Source: Chiloscyllium plagiosum
Lineage: Eukaryota
Length of the DNA stretch: 64,000 nt
Assembly: GCF_004010195.1 (NCBI RefSeq)
Contig: NC_057754.1
Location: 7,974,747-8,038,746 of the forward strand
Direction of reading: 5' to 3'
Numbering within the stretch: position 1 is the stretch's first letter; each line of letters starts with the position of its first letter. This document shows positions 62,601 to 64,000 of this stretch, in pieces. A program made the position numbers and the translations under genes. Below the pieces are notes generated by a model that searched no databases, was not told the DNA's origin, and worked only from the letters and a program-made list of their open reading frames with translations.

Positions 62601-62794
62601 CATGGGTTTGGATTAGGTTCGGATATCTGGTCGGTGCAGAAAGGTTGGATGGAAGGGTCTTTATGCTTGTTGTACAACTCTATGAACTCTATTCAAGTTG
62701 CTATATTCTCACTTATGTTATCCTATGGCACAAATTGTTATGATTGTGTGAAATTTGGCATTTTTGCTTCTGCCTGATGAAAAGATTCAATGAT

Positions 62795-63100
62795 AGGAGT
62801 CCAGAACTAGAGGGGCATAGGTTTGGGGTGAGAGGGGAAAGATGTAAAAGGGACCTAAGGGGCAGCTTTTTCACACAGAGGGTGGTACGTGTATGGAATG
62901 AGCTGCCAGAGGAAGTGGTGGAGGCTGGTACAATTGCAGCAATTAAAAGGTATCTGGATGGGTATATGAATAGGAAGGGTTTGGAGGGATATGGGCCAAG
63001 TGCTGGCAAATGGGACGAGATTAGATTAGGATATCTGGTCAGCATGGACTAGTTGGACCGAAGGGTCTGCTTCTGTGCTGGACATCTCTACAACTCTAAT
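62795..63100 (+). mobile_element. CR1 3' end
   Basis: RDLRGSFFTQRVVRVWNELPEEVVEAGT plus the 3' UTR. Confidence 0.9.
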
Positions 63101-64000
63101 ATTTAAGGTCTCTGACACTAAGCGACTCTTTGGTTTTTGAAATCACGATTGGGCTGGGCAGCTGGTCCCACTCGTAACAAGAATGAGCGGGCACAGATTT
63201 AAAGTGATGGGCAGAGGGAGGAACGGTGAAGTGAGGAAAAATCTTAGGGTGTGGACTGCACTACCTGGAAATGTGGTGGAGGCAGGTTCAATCGAGGCAT
63301 TCGTGAGGACAGTTATTTGAATAGAAATGGCGCACAGGGAGATGAATAAGCCAGACCTTGGCACAAGGGAGTAGAACCGGCACTGGCATGATGGGCCGAC
63401 TGGCCTCCTCCAGTGCCGTGACGGCTGTGTGGTCTGAGCAGCTGAATCGGCACAGGCTGGCGAGTATGGAGTGGGTGGCTTGGCAGCTCGCCCGATCCGG
63501 GCAGAAAGCACATGATTAATAAAATATTCAGCATGCACCACGCTGACACGCAAGAGAGAATTTGGCTGCTTTTAATTAAAGTTGGTAATCAGACGTGTTT
63601 GATTCCGTCCCTCGCTGTAGCACAGTAAAGGGTGGTAGCGAGGTTACATGGATGGCTGGAGAGAGCCTGTAATTATTTCTGATGGGTCCTGTCCTCATGT
63701 TTACATAATTTTAATTACACCTTATCGTCTGTTTGTGTTTCTTGCTTAACTCGGGAGTCCCTTATCTCTCTGTCAAATAAAAGACCAAATCTCAAACCCT
63801 GTTGCCCAGGGCTCTGCGTGCTTGAAGTTGGGTATGTTAATATTCATTGATGGGATGTTGGCACCTTGTGTATTGTCCATTCCCAATTGGCCAGAGGGCA
63901 GTTAAGAGTCACTCACCTCGCTTTAGTTCTGGGGTCACACCTGGTCAGATCAGGTAAGTACGGCAGAAAACCTTCTCTGAAGGACGTGGGTGAAGTGGAC

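Overview
Eukaryotic, repeat-saturated genomic DNA. The CR1 LINEs, HE1/V-SINE-like SINEs and Penelope-type ends point to a cartilaginous fish, probably a shark (inference). The only host coding sequence I can support is one 163-bp internal exon of pyruvate carboxylase (PC, biotin-carboxylase domain; + strand, 11225-11387, AG/GT boundaries). The rest behaves as PC intron and contains: degenerate CR1 LINEs (three multi-kb copies and many 3' ends), at least three tRNA-derived SINE families, a Gypsy LTR/integrase remnant, Tx1-like and Rex1/Babar-like fragments, a pogo/Tigger-type MITE, mini/microsatellites and two N gaps. The most interesting signal is two families of short Penelope-type (pLTR-like) elements, about a dozen copies in all. 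They carry minimal type-I hammerhead ribozyme motifs (CUGAUGA-A-stem II-GAAA-palindromic stem III-UH), often sit as head-to-head palindromes centred on the ribozyme, and are flanked by ~11-13 bp target duplications or by unusually long 71-bp and 199-bp duplications. Family names come from recalled consensus features, not from a database search, and most repeat boundaries are approximate.
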